A stretch of DNA of 64,000 nucleotides, taken from positions 1,459,575 to 1,523,574 of the forward strand of contig RHLH01000001.1 in NCBI GenBank assembly GCA_003712165.1. The letters are read 5' to 3'. A program made the position numbers and the translations under genes. Under the pieces are notes generated by a model. The model saw only the letters and a program-made list of their open reading frames with translations. It was not told the DNA's origin and ran no database searches. This DNA comes from Phycisphaera sp. GTDB taxonomy: Bacteria > Planctomycetota > Phycisphaerae > Phycisphaerales > UBA1924. Shown here in pieces: positions 60,462-64,000 of the stretch (position 1 is the first letter of the stretch; every line of letters starts with the position of its first letter).

Positions 60462-61616
60462 TCAACCGTTCCACGAACGCAGTGCCGGGCCCGTGTAGTT
60501 GGCGATCGGGCGGATCAGGCGGTTGTTTGCGTGCTGCTCCATGATGTGAGCAGCCCAGCCCGTGACGCGGCTTGCGACGAAGATCGGCGTGTACTGCGGG
60601 ACGGGGATGCCCATCGTGTAGTACGTCATGCCGCAGGGGAAGTCGACGTTCGGGTAGATCGTTTTCTGTTCTTCCATGATCTTCTGGACTTCTTCGCCTG
60701 TCTCGAAGAGCTTGACAAACTCGCCGCCCTTCTGCTCGGCGACCTTGCGGCCAAGGCCATGCAGGATCGGTGCGCGGTGATCGCCGTTCTTGTAAACACG
60801 GTGGCCAAAGCCCATGAGCTTCTTCTTGGTTGCAAAGGCGTCCTGCATCCAGTCGTTGACGCTGCCTTTGCCGGCGTTGACGAACTCGGTGATCTCAGCG
60901 AGCATGACCATCGCGGCCTCGTTTGCGCCCCCGTGGAGGGGGCCTTTCAGAGCGGCGATCGCGCCGGTCATCGCGCCGTGCATGTCGCTCAGCGTGCCCG
61001 CGATCACACGGCTCGTGAACGTTGAGGCGTTGTAGTCGTGCTCGGCGTAGAGGATGAGCGAGACATCCATAACCTTCTCGGCTTCTGCGGTCGGGCGCTC
61101 GCCGGTCATGAGGTAGAGCAGGTTCGCCGCGTGCGAGAGCTTGGCGTCACCGCCCGTGTCGGGTGCGATGATCTCGTGGTCGTCGATGATGTTCTGCATA
61201 TGCCCGATGATGGTCGGGATCTTGGCAACGATTCTCTTGGCCTTGCGGAGGTTGGCCTCGGGGGAGTTGTCCTGGCTGTCGGGATCGCAGTTGCCAGCGA
61301 TGGAGAGGACGGTTCGGACCACATCCATCGGGACCGCCGAGCCCTGCTTGAGCAGCGGGCCGCAGGTCTTGAGTGTTTCGATTGCCTGGGGCGACAGGGC
61401 GCGGTTCGCGATGAGCTCGTCCTTGAAGAACCGGCTCTCTTCTTCGTTGGGCTTCTCACCGTGCAGAAGGAGGTACGCGACGTCTTCGAAGGTCGCGTTC
61501 TCGGCGAGATCGTGGATCTCGTAGCCGCGGTAGATCAGAGCGCCCTGTTCGACTGAGCAGATTTCGGTATCGCCAGCGACGACGCCTTCGAGACCTGCGG
61601 GCTTGGTTGCTGACAT
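60462..61616 (-). CDS. prpC: Citrate synthase family enzyme, probably 2-methylcitrate synthase given the neighbouring prpB
   Basis: 384 aa. Citrate synthase signature region GFGHRVYKNGDHR. GGAGG RBS. Directly downstream of the methylisocitrate lyase gene. Confidence 0.8.
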   Translation of the reverse strand: MSATKPAGLEGVVAGDTEICSVEQGALIYRGYEIHDLAENATFEDVAYLLLHGEKPNEEESRFFKDELIANRALSPQAIETLKTCGPLLKQGSAVPMDVVRTVLSIAGNCDPDSQDNSPEANLRKAKRIVAKIPTIIGHMQNIIDDHEIIAPDTGGDAKLSHAANLLYLMTGERPTAEAEKVMDVSLILYAEHDYNASTFTSRVIAGTLSDMHGAMTGAIAALKGPLHGGANEAAMVMLAEITEFVNAGKGSVNDWMQDAFATKKKLMGFGHRVYKNGDHRAPILHGLGRKVAEQKGGEFVKLFETGEEVQKIMEEQKTIYPNVDFPCGMTYYTMGIPVPQYTPIFVASRVTGWAAHIMEQHANNRLIRPIANYTGPALRSWNG

Positions 61617-61715
61617 AAGAGGACCTCCGCGGAAGTTGTTTGTGGAAACACGCCGATCACGGTCGGCCTGTATACAGGCACTATACGCCCGAAATGTTGT
61701 CCGTCTCGCCGCGGG

Positions 61716-62609
61716 TCAGTGGCTCGGGAACGACCATCCCTCGCCCTGCGGGTCGTACCCGAGCAGGGTGTAAAGGTCGGCGCGGTTCTGCATCTCGTCG
61801 AGCGATCCAGAGACACTCCCGGTCGCTTTTAGGTCAGACAGCATCCGCACAACCGCACCCATTGCTGTGCGAAGCGTCGACACCGGGAAGATGACAAAGT
61901 GGTAACCGAGCTCTTCAAATCGAGTCAGCGGAGTGATCGGGGTTTTTCCGAATTCTGTCATGTTTGCCAGCAGGTAGGGCGGCTTGTCGCACAGCTTGCC
62001 GATTTCGTCGGCGAACCTCGCAAACTCATCTTCTGACTCAAGACCCTCTGGGAAGATCATCGACGCTCCCGCTTCGACGTACGCGTGGGCACGCTCGATC
62101 GCAGCGCCGAGACCGTCAACTGATCTTGCGTCGGTGCGTGCGCACACGATGAAGGAACCGCCCGAGCAGTCTTGCGCGGCCTGCACGGCCCAGCTGAGTC
62201 GGCTCACTGATTGTTCCATCGGGATCAGCGCCTTGCCCGCGAGGTGGCCGCAGCGCTTCGGGAAGACCTGGTCTTCGATGTGGCAACCCGCGGCCCCGGC
62301 GTTGTCGTACTCGAGCACGGTCCGCCTGACCATCTCTTCCTCGCCGAAGCCCGTGTCCGCGTCGGCGATCACGGGCAGACCCGAACTCATCGACACCTCC
62401 CGGACGGCTTGCGCGAACCTGTCCAGGCTGAGAATGCCGACATCGGGCACGCCCGAGGAAGCGGATAACGCTCCGCCCGACAGGTAGCACGCGTCGAACC
62501 CGGCCTGTTTTACGGCTCTGGCAACGAGCCCGTTGAAAGCGCCGGGGGCGCCAACGACGCCCTTGTCCATGAGATTGCGAAGCGTGACACCCGGGTGTTG
62601 TTGAGTCAT
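61716..62609 (-). CDS. prpB: Methylisocitrate lyase (ICL/PEP-mutase superfamily)
   Basis: 297 aa. FPKRCGHLAGK (K[KR]CGH motif), ADTGFG, CARTDA, MTEFGKTP. Confidence 0.85.
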   Translation of the reverse strand: MTQQHPGVTLRNLMDKGVVGAPGAFNGLVARAVKQAGFDACYLSGGALSASSGVPDVGILSLDRFAQAVREVSMSSGLPVIADADTGFGEEEMVRRTVLEYDNAGAAGCHIEDQVFPKRCGHLAGKALIPMEQSVSRLSWAVQAAQDCSGGSFIVCARTDARSVDGLGAAIERAHAYVEAGASMIFPEGLESEDEFARFADEIGKLCDKPPYLLANMTEFGKTPITPLTRFEELGYHFVIFPVSTLRTAMGAVVRMLSDLKATGSVSGSLDEMQNRADLYTLLGYDPQGEGWSFPSH

Positions 62610-62623
62610 GCGAGATTGTAGGT

Positions 62624-63097
62624 TCAGTTTGTGGCGGTGGTATTGGGCCGAACGCCGTAGGTATGCATTGCGGATTCAATCTGTTCCTGCTCGGTCGTGT
62701 CCGGGAACAGCTTGTATCGAGGAGCGACGATCTCTTTGCACGAGTTGACTGTGATGTGGAAGAGAGACGAGAACGGATAGTCGGGGCCAGCGAGAGCAAT
62801 GAGCGGCTCGGAGTAGCCTCCAAACCTGCTGTCTGACTTGGTAATGATCTCGGCGGTACCGAAGATCTGGTTGCCGCGTTGTGTGAAGATGTCGAGCACG
62901 CTCACGCACACGCGTGGGTTCCCGCGGATGTTCTTCATTGAGCCGGGCGAGGCGATGTTGGCGATGAGCAGGGCATCATCGCCGTGAGGTGCGAAGATTT
63001 CCTTTGGGGAGACACTCGGCTGGCCTGACGAATTGCTCGTTGCGAGCCAGCAGAGGACGCTTTGTTCGATGGAGTGACGTGCTTCGGGCGTGAGCAT
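62624..63097 (-). CDS. Pyridoxamine 5'-phosphate oxidase-like (split-barrel flavin-binding) family protein
   Basis: Start taken at MLTPEARHSIEQSVLCWLATSNSSGQPSVSPKE (63097). The general PNPOx-like pattern is present; the assignment is tentative. Confidence 0.5.
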   Translation of the reverse strand: MLTPEARHSIEQSVLCWLATSNSSGQPSVSPKEIFAPHGDDALLIANIASPGSMKNIRGNPRVCVSVLDIFTQRGNQIFGTAEIITKSDSRFGGYSEPLIALAGPDYPFSSLFHITVNSCKEIVAPRYKLFPDTTEQEQIESAMHTYGVRPNTTATN

Positions 63098-63146
63098 GGC
63101 ATTCCCTTTCTCAAGAACAAGTCTCATAAATCGGTATACTCGCGCC

Positions 63147-64000
63147 ATGATACAAACCGCACTCGTCGCTCTCGTTCTGACCACGGCCTCAGCCGAGCCT
63201 CCCGAGGAGGTGGTGGGGGGAGCCATCGCTTCGATTGAGGCAGAGCAGGTCATGAGCGATCTCAGCACGCTCGTAGACTTCGGGACCAGGCACACGATGT
63301 CCGAGACGCTGTCAGACGAACGAGGCATCGGTGCTGCCCGTCGGTGGCTGGCGGGCGAGTTTGAGCGGTACGCGGCCGAGGCTGGGCGTGACGATGTCGT
63401 CGTCGAACTCGAGTCTCATACCGTGGTTGCCGATGGTCGGCGAATCACCGAAGACACCGAGGTGGTCAACGTCGTCTGCACGATCCCGGGCTCTGACCCG
63501 GGCGCAGAATCGAGGCACTACTACATTGTTGCGCACTACGACTCCAGGGTCAGCGGTGCACTCGATGCCGAGAGTGATTCTCCGGGCGCGAACGATGACG
63601 GCTCGGGCACGGTTGTCTGTCTCGCGGTCGCTCGTGCGCTGATGAACGTGCGTCTGGAATCGACGGTTGTCATCATGCCGGTCGCGGGTGAGGAACAGGG
63701 GCTCTATGGGTCTCGGCGCCACGCGGGGATCGCTCGTGATATGGGAAAAGACATCCGTGCGATCCTGAGCAACGACACGGTGGGCGATCCGACAGGGCCC
63801 GGGGGGCGAGAAGCTAGATCAGAAATCCGTGTCTTCTCAGAAGGGATCCCGACTGCGATCCTCGCCGAGCAGGGGAGGGCGCCGAACGCGGTCAGGATGA
63901 TCAGGTCGTTGTCAGCTGAATCTGACAGCACTTCGAGGCAGCTCGCGAGGTACCTGAAAGAAGTCGCAGATTTACATGACCTGCCCGTCAAACCAAAGCT
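63147..64000 (+). CDS. Secreted M28-family metallopeptidase (partial, continues past the window end)
   Basis: MIQTALVALVLTTASAEP signal-like start. HYYIVAHYDS and SPGANDDGSGT metal-ligand blocks typical of M28. No stop before 64000, so it is absent from the ORF track. Confidence 0.75.
   Translation, partial: MIQTALVALVLTTASAEPPEEVVGGAIASIEAEQVMSDLSTLVDFGTRHTMSETLSDERGIGAARRWLAGEFERYAAEAGRDDVVVELESHTVVADGRRITEDTEVVNVVCTIPGSDPGAESRHYYIVAHYDSRVSGALDAESDSPGANDDGSGTVVCLAVARALMNVRLESTVVIMPVAGEEQGLYGSRRHAGIARDMGKDIRAILSNDTVGDPTGPGGREARSEIRVFSEGIPTAILAEQGRAPNAVRMIRSLSAESDSTSRQLARYLKEVADLHDLPVKPK

Overview
Visibly GC-rich (not computed), densely coding bacterial chromosomal segment. I recognise about 50 CDS and 2 tRNAs, and no rRNA, CRISPR array, transposase or integrase. 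The secreted proteins with a Cys-bounded C-terminal dockerin-like module suggest a Planctomycetota/Phycisphaerae-like organism, but that is a weak inference. Content in order: a sugar ABC importer fragment, then a starch/maltodextrin locus (GH31 alpha-glucosidase, secreted GH13 amylase, CBM-esterase). Next come an aldehyde dehydrogenase, a CYTH protein, ligA, folD, tatA and tRNA-Met(CAU). A two-partner secretion pair (TpsB plus a 1428-aa TpsA) follows, then a 5-gene Opp/Dpp-type ABC importer, tsf-rpsB, and a chemotaxis operon (cheA-W-R-D-HDOD-Y-X-B, no MCP). After that: an ABC-F ATPase, a polyferredoxin-TPR membrane protein, a second secreted protein with the dockerin-like tail, and an AbgT transporter. 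The last part holds tRNA-Leu(CAA), tig, a GT4-GT2-GT4 glycosyltransferase cluster, prpC-prpB, a PNPOx-like protein and a partial M28 peptidase. The most unusual region is a tightly packed minus-strand operon at 45.5-53.3 kb. It combines three HlyD-type membrane-fusion proteins with a C-terminally truncated SecA-like ATPase, a DUF3467 protein and a small ORF. One fusion protein carries tandem GAF-like domains; another carries a PqqD/RRE-like domain plus an M50 site-2-protease domain. There is no ABC/RND/MFS pump or TolC-like gene in the operon. I flag it as a candidate undescribed peptide processing/export machine. All calls rest on motif recognition by eye; no searches were run.
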